Shown: positions 1 to 8,091, numbered from the stretch's first letter. The stretch: 27,511 nucleotides of DNA from a virus (IMGVR_UViG_3300012664_000116:1-27511); one strand, 5' to 3'. Notes: a model not told the origin generated them from the sequence alone. Numbers and translations are program-made.

Positions 1-14
1 AACCGTGTAAACAT
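1..14 (-). CDS. 5' end of a gene running off the window (MFTR...)
   Basis: ATG at 14-12 with AGGAG Shine-Dalgarno at 25-21, just downstream of a sigma70 promoter. Confidence 0.55.
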
Positions 15-41
15 TAACTTCTCCTAAACTATAACACCTAC

Positions 42-70
42 ACTGTAGCATATAGAGTAGGAAAAGTCAA
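42..70 (-). promoter_or_regulatory. sigma70-type promoter with extended -10
   Basis: TTGACT (70-65), 17 bp spacer, TGc-TACAGT (47-42). Confidence 0.75.
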
Positions 71-73
71 TAC

Positions 74-256
74 TTATTTACGAGGATTTGCAGCGTCTTG
101 TACGTTCTGCACAAGATGCTCAACAGCAGTAGCTGTGTAAGGTTGATCCTTATCGTTTACTACGCCGCCTAATGTAACAACATCAGCAACAACAGCAACG
201 GGAATCTCTACTACAGACACGGCGGCTTTTACCACAGAGTTTAAAATACTAAACAT
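74..256 (-). CDS. small hydrophobic hypothetical phage protein (60 aa)
   Basis: AAGGA SD upstream; Val/Ala-rich N-terminal half. Confidence 0.75.
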   Translation of the reverse strand: MFSILNSVVKAAVSVVEIPVAVVADVVTLGGVVNDKDQPYTATAVEHLVQNVQDAANPRK

Positions 257-291
257 TTTGTTTCCTTTCGATGATGGCTAACTTTGGCTTA

Positions 292-711
292 TCAGAGGGC
301 TTCGTCATCTTCTTGAGTTGGAGGAACGTAGGTCTTAACCTCTGTAATCATCAACTTCTTGACTGTAGGAGCATTACCATGCTTAGCTGACATACGATGA
401 GTGTAAGCTGAGATAACAGCTACGCACTTAGAACCATTACCTAAGTCAGCTACATTGACTTCCTTCATGGAGTCATCGGTAGGATTGAACAAGTACTTGC
501 TCTTAGCGACAATGAAGTTACCTTGAGATTCCTTGTGTTTGACTTTGATACCTAAGCCAGTGAGCTTAGCTGCATCATCATCGCTGATATTACCAATGGT
601 GCACTCATAGCGATCGTTATCACTGTTGAATGCTGTGTTGAATTCAGCCATCCACTTAGACCAAAACAATTCACCGTTAATCTTAACTGGTTTCAAATCT
701 GCTGTTGACAT
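292..711 (-). CDS. probable single-stranded DNA-binding protein (T7 gp2.5-like)
   Basis: 139 aa, beta-rich pattern, acidic tail (QEDDEAL), downstream of the DNA polymerase, AAGGA SD. Confidence 0.6.
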   Translation of the reverse strand: MSTADLKPVKINGELFWSKWMAEFNTAFNSDNDRYECTIGNISDDDAAKLTGLGIKVKHKESQGNFIVAKSKYLFNPTDDSMKEVNVADLGNGSKCVAVISAYTHRMSAKHGNAPTVKKLMITEVKTYVPPTQEDDEAL

Positions 712-733
712 ACTCTAGTTTCCTTTTACTAAG

Positions 734-889
734 TTAGGCCGTAGCCTGAGGTTGTTGCTCAACTGGCATCTGAGATTGTGCCTGTTGTACAAGCTTCTGT
801 AACAATACAAAAGCGTTGCTCTTTGTAGGTAGTTCACCAAGCACGTTGATGATGAACTCTACTTCATTTTGTTCCAATTCTAACTTCAT
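734..889 (-). CDS. 51-aa hypothetical protein absent from the ORF track (MKLELEQNEVEFIINVLGELPTKSNAFVLLQKLVQQAQSQMPVEQQPQATA)
   Basis: Hand translation; AAGGA SD; fills the gap between its neighbours. Confidence 0.8.
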   Translation of the reverse strand: MKLELEQNEVEFIINVLGELPTKSNAFVLLQKLVQQAQSQMPVEQQPQATA

Positions 890-902
890 TTACGATTTCC
901 TT

Positions 903-1088
903 TTACTGTAAATAGCTTCCTTCTTTGCGGGAGAGAGCTTCCGCTTCATCTTCAATGTAATCAAGGGCTGCTGAGAGCACCAAGTATACATCAAGGATGT
1001 CCATATCATCGCTGTGCATTATCATGAAAGATTCATCGCTAATGTTCAGCATGATTTGAGATTTTAATTTATCTGATTTGTCTATCAC
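903..1088 (-). CDS. acidic hypothetical protein (61 aa)
   Basis: GTG start overlapping the upstream stop (GTGA); GAGG SD. Confidence 0.75.
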   Translation of the reverse strand: MIDKSDKLKSQIMLNISDESFMIMHSDDMDILDVYLVLSAALDYIEDEAEALSRKEGSYLQ

Positions 1089-1474
1089 TTGTATTCCTCA
1101 AGGTAGTCTGCTGCTTTTCTAAGCAATTCAGGTTTATCTTTGAATAGTCCTAAAGCTCTGTTGCAATTATGACACAAAAGCTTTCGAACTTTCCCCGTAT
1201 CGTGACAATGATCCACAGCAAGTTTTTCACTATGGTTGTTCTTACCTATCAAGAAACCTTCTGAATAACAGATATAACACTTGTTGTCTTGTTCTTCCTT
1301 CATTCGAGCGAGATCAGCATCCGTTATACCGTAGTTTAGCAGATAGTAAGAATTCTTACCTTTGCACTTAGGAGAACAGTAGATATTACAAGGGTTCGTA
1401 GGAGTAAAGACCTGCTTACAAGTCTTGCACTCTTTATCTTTGAAATACCCGTTTGGATACTTAGTGACAGTCAT
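1085..1474 (-). CDS. endonuclease VII-family (His-Me finger) nuclease with N-terminal Zn finger, probably a free-standing homing endonuclease
   Basis: CYIC...LAVDHCHDTGKVRKLLCHNCNRALG signature; N-terminal CxxC...CxxxC. Confidence 0.85.
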   Translation of the reverse strand: MTVTKYPNGYFKDKECKTCKQVFTPTNPCNIYCSPKCKGKNSYYLLNYGITDADLARMKEEQDNKCYICYSEGFLIGKNNHSEKLAVDHCHDTGKVRKLLCHNCNRALGLFKDKPELLRKAADYLEEYK

Positions 1475-3158
1475 ACCAGTTCTTCCCCGATTTCCATTCA
1501 GCGCCTACAGGACAACGAAACTTGAGAATCTCTCCAGCTTCTTTAGCAGATTCTACCACGAGCAGGCCAACTTGTTCAGCGTACTGCGGTTCAGTTTCGA
1601 TTTGGATTTCATCGTGTACCCATGCAATGAACTTGAACGGAATCTTTGACTCAGTGAGTTTTCTATTAGCACATACAATCCATTGTTTAGAGATAATAGC
1701 TCCAGCTGATTGAAGAAGAGTATTGAGCGCACTGTGTTCAGAGCGTACCCACAGCTTCCTTCCGTCAAGGCCCGGTAGCCATCCTTTCGCAGCATACGTA
1801 GCAACCTTTCTTTTGAGTTTGGCATACGCAGGGACGCTCCGCTCAAAATTATCAATAATGGTTTGCCCTCTCTTGGCATTAGCACCAATAATTGTCCCGA
1901 TCTTGGAAGGTGACGCACCATACAAGGTGGCATACAGTACTGTTTTTGCATCATTCCGTGAATCGACACCAAAAGCATTTTGGTTCCTTGTATGGACATC
2001 ACCATAAACAACTTCCTTTGTATAGTCATCATCATTCAAGTAGTGAGCAAAGCACCGAAGCTCGATACCCGACAAGTCAACACCCACTTGAACCATTCCT
2101 TCTTCAACTGTCCAACACTGGCGGCACTCCTTCCCATAAGGGCTAGAAGAGTTTGGAATCTGTCCCATATTAGGGCTAGAGTGTGTTGCACGACCTGTAA
2201 TCGCTCCATTGGTAATCACACGACCATGCACACGACCATCAGAGCCTAAGAAGGAGAACCATGACTCAATCTGAGCGATACGTTTCTGAAGCATCATGTA
2301 CTCAGCTAACAAACCAGCAATGGGGTACTTCAAACCCATCAGAGTAGATTCATCAACGATCACTGAGCCCTTCTCAGTCTTCTTCGTAGGCTTCCAACCC
2401 AATCCGATCAACTTCTCAGCTATCTGTTGTCTAGATGCTGGATTGAAGGTAATCACCTCAGGCTTCAATGTCTTCCCTGTCTTCTCAGAGATACGTTCTT
2501 GCTCATAAGGTGGATAGAGTTCCTGCATCTTGTCATAGATGACACCCATCTTGAGTTTCAAATCTGACAGGAGACAAGTAGCGTGAACTACATCAAGCTT
2601 GAATCCATTGGTTTCCTGCTTCTTGATGATAGCTGCGACTTGATGTTCTAAAGCGACAGAATCCAGAGAGAAACCTTTGCTGTTGATACCATCAGTAAGA
2701 TGATTAAACAAAAGATCAAGCACTCTGACATCGCGTCTGCAATAGAACTCAAGTAAGCCTTCCAGCGGCTTGTCGAAACATTCTCCGTCATATTCTTCCC
2801 TTCTGTTCATCATCCACTGCCACGTTGCTTTGTAGTCCAGCTTCTGAACTCCTAGCTCTTTTCCCCAAGCGTCCAGAGAGTGTCCCTGTTCCCTTGTTGG
2901 CTCTAACAGTCGTGAAACCACTAGAGTGTCATAAGCCTTCTTAAGGCCTATCTTAGTCCCCCACAGCTTATTCAGCAGAGGGAAGTCAAATCCGATACCG
3001 TTATGAGCTGCAATCAAGTCAGCATCTTTGAGATAGTCCCATAGACCGTCACCTGATCGCCACACACGTACTTCACCGCTATCGATGTCTTCTGTGACAG
3101 CTAAGTGAATGACAGTGTGAGCCATGTTGGTTTCACAGTCGATTGCAATACGTTTCAT
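1461..3158 (-). CDS. polA: family A DNA polymerase with 3'-5' exonuclease (565 aa; start moved to ATG 3158)
   Basis: ExoI IDCET, ExoII HNGIGFDFP, motif A DLSGIELR, motif B RNDAKTVLYATLYG, motif C VHDE; TAATG coupling with the upstream gene. Confidence 0.95.
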   Translation of the reverse strand: MKRIAIDCETNMAHTVIHLAVTEDIDSGEVRVWRSGDGLWDYLKDADLIAAHNGIGFDFPLLNKLWGTKIGLKKAYDTLVVSRLLEPTREQGHSLDAWGKELGVQKLDYKATWQWMMNRREEYDGECFDKPLEGLLEFYCRRDVRVLDLLFNHLTDGINSKGFSLDSVALEHQVAAIIKKQETNGFKLDVVHATCLLSDLKLKMGVIYDKMQELYPPYEQERISEKTGKTLKPEVITFNPASRQQIAEKLIGLGWKPTKKTEKGSVIVDESTLMGLKYPIAGLLAEYMMLQKRIAQIESWFSFLGSDGRVHGRVITNGAITGRATHSSPNMGQIPNSSSPYGKECRQCWTVEEGMVQVGVDLSGIELRCFAHYLNDDDYTKEVVYGDVHTRNQNAFGVDSRNDAKTVLYATLYGASPSKIGTIIGANAKRGQTIIDNFERSVPAYAKLKRKVATYAAKGWLPGLDGRKLWVRSEHSALNTLLQSAGAIISKQWIVCANRKLTESKIPFKFIAWVHDEIQIETEPQYAEQVGLLVVESAKEAGEILKFRCPVGAEWKSGKNWYDCH

Positions 3159-3304
3159 TACTTTAAGTTTAAGAATAAGCCGATCTGGGCAAATGAGTAT
3201 CCTAACCACATGATACCAGCACCCATGTCACCTTTGAGCCACTGTAGCACACCTACAACAGAGTAACCGATACCGATAGTACCTACGATAATCATTTCAA
3301 TCAC
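3158..3304 (-). CDS. small two-helix membrane protein (about 48 aa; likely GTG start at 3304)
   Basis: AGGAG SD before GTG; two hydrophobic segments; the longer start in the ORF track overlaps the upstream gene. Confidence 0.65.
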   Translation of the reverse strand: MIEMIIVGTIGIGYSVVGVLQWLKGDMGAGIMWLGYSFAQIGLFLNLK

Positions 3305-3494
3305 TGTTGTTCTCCTGAATATACCGATCAGCAATTTTGCTTTTAAGTTCTTTGTCATCAATGCCAAGAATCTCAGCAATACGTCCTACGATGTAGGCTG
3401 CATCACCTCTTGACATATTTCCATAACCGACAAGACTGCGAATGTAGTCAGCACTGTATGTGTACGGATAGCGTGAATCAGTTTTATCCATCAT
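3297..3494 (-). CDS. hypothetical protein (65 aa)
   Basis: ATGA overlap with the helicase stop; GGAGG SD. Confidence 0.75.
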   Translation of the reverse strand: MMDKTDSRYPYTYSADYIRSLVGYGNMSRGDAAYIVGRIAEILGIDDKELKSKIADRYIQENNSD

Positions 3495-5113
3495 AGAGCC
3501 TCCAAAGTAACTTCAATCATACGTCCAGTGTCCATATCGTACTTCAGAGAGCAAGCTGGACCTGTGAGGCCTGCGAATCTGTTCTTCGCAACAGCAACCT
3601 TTGTCGTGTGACGTACTTCAGGGTCATCGCTCATGGAGTTACGTTCAAGAGTGATAACAGCATCAGACAACTGAGCAATAGCACCAGAGCCACGTAGCTG
3701 AGATAAGGATACCGCTGAACCATCTTCATGTCCTTTGTCAGTGTTAGGTCTTTTGAGGTGACTAACACAAATGAGTGTAATACCTGTTTCTTGTACAAGT
3801 GTTCGTAACCTCGTCATCAAGACATCAATGCTTTTACGTTCATCGTTGCCTTCCATGCCTGAGACAACCAATGAGATGTGATCTAGGAAAACAATCTTAC
3901 AATCACAGGCCCTAGCCATGTACCTAATACGATTAAGGACATTATCAATAGCGAGAGAACCAAAGTGGTCAAAGAGGAATACACGATTAGTACCGAGAGT
4001 TGCATCGAATGCCTCCTTTAATTCTCGTTCTGTGACTTGGGTATCAGGGAGATGGAGTTTCTTATTTGAGTGCAATGACATAATGCTGCGGGCTGTCTTT
4101 CGCACCGACTCTTCAAGAAACATCCCTCCAATATTCCATCGAGTCGATTTGAGGATTTGAAAAAGAATTTCTCTAAGGAATTGACTCTTGCCAAGGCCCG
4201 ATCCAGCTGTGACTGTAATGAGTTCAGCTGATCTAAGTCCGTAGAGGAGTTCATTGAGTCCTTTGAAGGGATAGAAGGCTTCTGCGACTGGTTCAGGTGT
4301 AGAAACGCTGTCCCAGAGACTACTTGCTGCGACAATACCATCTGGAACGTATGCTTCACTACGCCACCATTGGTTAACGTACTCAGTTGATCTTCCGCTA
4401 ATGAGATAGTCACAGGCATCTTTACAATCCTTTAAATGTTTAACAATCTTAACCTTATTACCGAACAGCTCAGCAACCTCTTTAGCGGCCTTCTGTCCAA
4501 CTTCATCAGCATCGAAACAGATCACGATAGTCTCGAAGCTATCTAAGTACTCATATTGAGCTTTGCAGTCTTTAACAGCCGATGAAGCTCCATTACGGAT
4601 ACTCACAGTAGGCCACTTGCTGCCTGTTAACTGATACGAAGCTAATGCGTCTAGTTCACCTTCAACGATGGTGATGTACTTCCCTTGCTTCTGGAACAAA
4701 TTCTGCCCAAAGAGCGTAGCTTTGTTGAAGTTACCTGCAATGGAGAATGTCTTATTCTCTACTAAACGAATCTTCTCAGCTACCTTAGCGCCTGTCTCAT
4801 CAAAATAAGGATAGTAGTGCTTCCCTTGATCTTGAGTAACACCATAGTACTCACAAGTATCCCTTGAGATACCTCTGTCAGCTATGGCCTTAACTTCCCC
4901 TGTTGTCTTCATTTGAAATACCTTTGTAGTGCTTCGTTGCACGTCTTGTTGAGCACGAAATTCCGTACCTTCTGCCGCTGTGTAAGCGTGACATACATGG
5001 CAGTATTGGTGTCCATCATCGTACAGAGATGAACCATCGCTAGAGCCACAATGCTCACAAGGACAGTGCTTAATGAACTTAGAGGCTACTTTGAGTGCGT
5101 TAGAAGTCATCAA
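3491..5113 (-). CDS. T7 gp4-like DNA primase-helicase
   Basis: Zn-binding CEHCGSSD...CHVC, TOPRIM EGELDAL and FDAD, SF4 helicase Walker A AGSGLGKS, FLDHIS, SHL, LRGSGAIAQLSD, KNR. Confidence 0.95.
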   Translation of the reverse strand: MMTSNALKVASKFIKHCPCEHCGSSDGSSLYDDGHQYCHVCHAYTAAEGTEFRAQQDVQRSTTKVFQMKTTGEVKAIADRGISRDTCEYYGVTQDQGKHYYPYFDETGAKVAEKIRLVENKTFSIAGNFNKATLFGQNLFQKQGKYITIVEGELDALASYQLTGSKWPTVSIRNGASSAVKDCKAQYEYLDSFETIVICFDADEVGQKAAKEVAELFGNKVKIVKHLKDCKDACDYLISGRSTEYVNQWWRSEAYVPDGIVAASSLWDSVSTPEPVAEAFYPFKGLNELLYGLRSAELITVTAGSGLGKSQFLREILFQILKSTRWNIGGMFLEESVRKTARSIMSLHSNKKLHLPDTQVTERELKEAFDATLGTNRVFLFDHFGSLAIDNVLNRIRYMARACDCKIVFLDHISLVVSGMEGNDERKSIDVLMTRLRTLVQETGITLICVSHLKRPNTDKGHEDGSAVSLSQLRGSGAIAQLSDAVITLERNSMSDDPEVRHTTKVAVAKNRFAGLTGPACSLKYDMDTGRMIEVTLEAL

Positions 5114-5396
5114 TCAACTCCTGCCTAGCTCCACAGTCATCACACTGCCCATAGCTCCAATGAGGCGCTGAGTACATGGGTCCACCACACACATCACAGG
5201 TACACTCTTCTTCTGAGTGGTCCATTTCGTTATCATCGTGTTTATGTTCATTCATAGTCGTATCCTTCTTGTTTCCCGCAGCCGTAGGCGAGGACTCTGG
5301 TGCTTTAGCACCAAAGATCAAGTCCCAATTGTCTCGGACCTTATTGACGTCTTCCTTACGCCTTCCTGATCCTTTACCGCCATCTCCATGACTCAT
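5100..5396 (-). CDS. hypothetical two-part protein (basic GDGGKGS...NWDLIFG module plus acidic Cys4 Zn ribbon)
   Basis: ATGA overlap upstream; CDVC...CDDC; internal SD and ATG at 5255. Confidence 0.7.
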   Translation of the reverse strand: MSHGDGGKGSGRRKEDVNKVRDNWDLIFGAKAPESSPTAAGNKKDTTMNEHKHDDNEMDHSEEECTCDVCGGPMYSAPHWSYGQCDDCGARQELIDDF

Positions 5397-5989
5397 GTGT
5401 TCTTCTCCAAGTGCTCATTCTTCGCCTTGAGTTTGGCTTCAATAGCTTTATAAAAATCATTAGCGCTATCAAATTCCTGCCCACGGTCGTTTAGCTCTTT
5501 GCGTATGCCAACAATTTCCTCATCCGTCAGCCCAACCCATGTGAGAGGCGTAGCCGAGCTACTGCGAGCGATAGCGGAATGCTGTGGTGGGGTGGTGTAG
5601 AGAGCGTGCTTATAGCCGCCTTCAATTCTTGCGTGTTCCTCTGGGTTAATTGCGTCAATGAAATCCCCGTTGTCATGCAACATCGCCCACGCCACAGGCT
5701 CCAAATGCTCGCTAACGCTGCGCTGCTCTGGCTGTGTCAACCATGTCGGTGGCTTTCCAAGGGGAGGCTTCCAACGCTCACCTCCGTGATAGGTATACCC
5801 GAGACACGTAAGCGTGTTAATCGCCGCGTTTTGCTCCTGCTCTGTCTGTAACAATGCTTCTTCAATGGCATCTATTTCTTGGCCAACTTCCCAATGTGAA
5901 TATCGGTCGCCGCGAATCTTTTTGAACGCCTCCAGCGCCAGCTTCATCGTATCTACGATACTTAATGCTTCACGTTCTTTCGATGTCAT
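5393..5989 (-). CDS. mosaic accessory phage protein (EPVAW / LYTTPP / WVGLTDEE modules; likely start 5989)
   Basis: GGGAGG SD and ATGA overlap; modules of a kind common in proteobacterial phage accessory genes; more GC-rich codons than its neighbours. Confidence 0.75.
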   Translation of the reverse strand: MTSKEREALSIVDTMKLALEAFKKIRGDRYSHWEVGQEIDAIEEALLQTEQEQNAAINTLTCLGYTYHGGERWKPPLGKPPTWLTQPEQRSVSEHLEPVAWAMLHDNGDFIDAINPEEHARIEGGYKHALYTTPPQHSAIARSSSATPLTWVGLTDEEIVGIRKELNDRGQEFDSANDFYKAIEAKLKAKNEHLEKNT

Positions 5990-6195
5990 AGCTTCACATC
6001 CTCCCACTTAGACAAGTCAGCGATAATGTCCGCTAGAACGCTCTCAGAGAGCCCTTTGTACGCTGTGTACCCTTGGGTAGTAGCTTTGAGAGATTCGAGC
6101 ATCTGACAGGCTTCTAAGCCCTTTAAAGCATACTTGTGTGCCATGACCTGCTCAGGTTTAGACAAATCATAGGTTAATGTTGCAATACCACTCAT
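5986..6195 (-). CDS. hypothetical protein (69 aa)
   Basis: AAGGTG SD; coupled to both neighbours. Confidence 0.7.
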   Translation of the reverse strand: MSGIATLTYDLSKPEQVMAHKYALKGLEACQMLESLKATTQGYTAYKGLSESVLADIIADLSKWEDVKL

Positions 6196-6248
6196 TTTAA
6201 TGACACCTTTATCAAAGTTAAGACAAATACAAACAATGAGATCACCAT
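6192..6248 (-). CDS. 18-aa hydrophobic micro-ORF (MVISLFVFVLTLIKVSLK)
   Basis: GGAG SD; overlaps the upstream stop and the downstream start (ATGA). Confidence 0.45.
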   Translation of the reverse strand: MVISLFVFVLTLIKVSLK

Positions 6249-6430
6249 TTCTTTTCTCCCATAGCAGCCCTTAGGTCTGACGTTACTTTATCCCATCCGT
6301 ACAAGACAATCAATTCAACAAAAGCATTAATTGTGTGGACATAGTGGAATTCCTCGTTCATTAGAGTCTGATCTCTAACTTCTTCTTCGTTTGTAGACAT
6401 AAAATCTTTCATGTTATTCACTTCTTTCAT
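6242..6430 (-). CDS. hypothetical protein (62 aa)
   Basis: AAGGGG SD. Confidence 0.7.
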   Translation of the reverse strand: MKEVNNMKDFMSTNEEEVRDQTLMNEEFHYVHTINAFVELIVLYGWDKVTSDLRAAMGEKKW

Positions 6431-6511
6431 GTTGACCCCTTTATACTTTAAAGTAGTTTTAATGATAATAACAATAAAGTAAGTATTTACTTTAATGTAG
6501 CTTTAATGATC

Positions 6512-6778
6512 TTAATGTTCATCATAGTCTCTAGAGTACTCTAATGTATCTATAATGTCATCAATGTCTCCTAGGGAAGCTCCTGTGTCCAGATCATCGT
6601 CAACGTCATCATGGTCTAAGTCAGCCTCAGTTATGAGGTCTTTACGATCAATCAACTTCACAAATGGCTTGATGTCTTCAAGACAAACTTTACATAAGTC
6701 CATGTATTGACCAGTAACAGCGTTTTTGAGAGTACTCTGGTACTCCGTGAGTAATTTATCACAAGCTCTACAATGAAT
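6512..6778 (-). CDS. Cys4 Zn-finger protein with acidic tail (88 aa), apparently starting at ATT
   Basis: Frame stays open 25 codons above the ATG at 6703 and supplies CRAC to pair with CKVC; bounded by an in-frame TAG. Confidence 0.65.
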   Translation of the reverse strand: MHCRACDKLLTEYQSTLKNAVTGQYMDLCKVCLEDIKPFVKLIDRKDLITEADLDHDDVDDDLDTGASLGDIDDIIDTLEYSRDYDEH

Positions 6779-6848
6779 TTTCCGTTCCTACCCTTCTCCG
6801 TAAGTGGTGAGTGTGTTTTAGAGCCTTCTAGCCCTGTTTAAATCGTTC

Positions 6849-6992
6849 CTAGAGGCATTTCTGCATCATAGGAGCATCTGGTATTCGCTTCAGTTGATCT
6901 TCAGCATACTTTCTCTGTTGTTCCGGCGTCCAAGGCTTAGGTGGACATTCTGCCGGAAACGGCCAGTTGTTAATGTGTTGTTTATTTACCAC
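6849..6992 (-). CDS. 47-aa Pro-rich hypothetical protein (..NNWPFPAECPPKPWTPEQ..)
   Basis: Hand translation; GGAGG SD before GTG. Confidence 0.6.
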   Translation of the reverse strand: MVNKQHINNWPFPAECPPKPWTPEQQRKYAEDQLKRIPDAPMMQKCL

Positions 6993-7045
6993 AGATCCTC
7001 CGCAATAAGGTAATCAATACAATAACAGACAAAGAAGATAGTCAT
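6986..7045 (-). CDS. 19-aa micro-ORF (MTIFFVCYCIDYLIAEDLW)
   Basis: ATGA overlap with the upstream stop; its stop lies just inside the next gene. Confidence 0.4.
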   Translation of the reverse strand: MTIFFVCYCIDYLIAEDLW

Positions 7046-7329
7046 ACAATCCCCGTTTCGTGTAGTTTGTATTGTGTACCGCCTTCAATGCCTAGATCAT
7101 AAGACAGATTGTCGATAGCATCCCCGAATTCATCCCATTGTTTAAAATAGTCTAAGTCATCCACTGTAGACCCTTGATTCACTAAAGGTGAATACTTTTC
7201 TAGTACTTCCTTACATTGTTTTAGAAGATAGACCAATTCGTCACGGGTTGAAACTAGTTCATCACATAGTGGGTTACCTTCAGCCCATAAGCGACGTTCT
7301 AGATTGTTGAATTCATTGTTACTTAGCAT
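7042..7329 (-). CDS. early hypothetical protein (95 aa)
   Basis: AAGGG SD; overlaps the upstream gene end. Confidence 0.75.
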   Translation of the reverse strand: MLSNNEFNNLERRLWAEGNPLCDELVSTRDELVYLLKQCKEVLEKYSPLVNQGSTVDDLDYFKQWDEFGDAIDNLSYDLGIEGGTQYKLHETGIV

Positions 7330-7517
7330 GATAGCCCTTTCGTTAAACAGATTTGAGAGACACCATTCTCTCGCTTAGTGTGTCGTTCATACGTGATTGA
7401 ACCCTCAGCCTTGAGGAATTCATGTTCTGATACTTCTTTTAAATCCCACGGCATGACATCATCGTCGGGTTCATAATCAACGACAAAGAACCTAACGGGT
7501 AGAGTAGCGAATGACAT
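7323..7517 (-). CDS. early hypothetical protein (64 aa; likely start MSFATLP at 7517)
   Basis: AAGGGG SD before ATG 7517; avoids overlap with the upstream gene. Confidence 0.65.
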   Translation of the reverse strand: MSFATLPVRFFVVDYEPDDDVMPWDLKEVSEHEFLKAEGSITYERHTKRENGVSQICLTKGLSC

Positions 7518-7534
7518 GTTTTGACCCCTTGAGT

Positions 7535-7864
7535 TTAAAATACTTGATAAACGATAGAACCGGAAGACGTTTCGCCACAGATAGCGGTATTGTCGCAAAG
7601 ATAGCCCATCACGGCTTGTTTTGCTTTACCCTCTGTTAAGCCTTCAATATCAATATCGTAATTTTGGGCTATGTCTTCAAAATGATCTTCGTTAAAGTCG
7701 CAACATAATGCGATAACGTCCAATTCTAGTTCTTCGCCGGTACTGTCTTCGTATTCCATGAGATAGTCAAACAAAGTTTCTAAGCCTTCGTGACTGAAGT
7801 TATCTAAGCGGTTAAACGCACGGAAAGCTTCGCGGAAGTCGTTAAAATATACGGTTGTTTTCAT
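7535..7864 (-). CDS. strongly acidic early protein (109 aa), function unknown
   Basis: AAGGA SD; hand count 24 D/E versus 6 K/R. Confidence 0.8.
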   Translation of the reverse strand: MKTTVYFNDFREAFRAFNRLDNFSHEGLETLFDYLMEYEDSTGEELELDVIALCCDFNEDHFEDIAQNYDIDIEGLTEGKAKQAVMGYLCDNTAICGETSSGSIVYQVF

Positions 7865-7897
7865 GGTGTAGATCCTTTACAAGTTGATAGACTGGTA

Positions 7898-7944
7898 CAG
7901 TGTACCCCATAAGAGCCACATAGTAGCCCTTATAAGTTAAACTG
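7898..7944 (-). promoter_or_regulatory. long RNA hairpin, candidate RNase III processing site
   Basis: CAGUUUAAC-UUAUAAGGGCUAC-uau-GUGGCUCUUAUGG-GGUACACUG, about 20 pairs; the G-U pairs work only on the minus-strand RNA; no U-tract. Confidence 0.55.
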
Positions 7945-8025
7945 TTAAGCGGTGAGCCATACCACTAGTATAGCTACAAAGCCGAGAACGTAGATTACTT
8001 TGTCTGCGAGTTGATTGTTTGACAT
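7945..8025 (-). CDS. 26-aa single-helix membrane peptide, first ORF of the early transcript (MSNNQLADKVIYVLGFVAILVVWLTA)
   Basis: Hand translation; UAAGGA SD; one hydrophobic span. Confidence 0.65.
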   Translation of the reverse strand: MSNNQLADKVIYVLGFVAILVVWLTA

Positions 8026-8074
8026 AATCGTGATCCTTAGATGTGTCATAGCGAGACTGCTATGTTTAGTCTAT

Positions 8075-8091
8075 TGCATGTACCGTGCCAA
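8075..8091 (-). promoter_or_regulatory. sigma54 (RpoN) -24/-12 promoter
   Basis: Minus strand TTGGCACGGTACATGCA versus consensus YTGGCACG-N4-TTGCW, exact GG-N10-GC spacing; predicted +1 near 8064. Confidence 0.75.
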
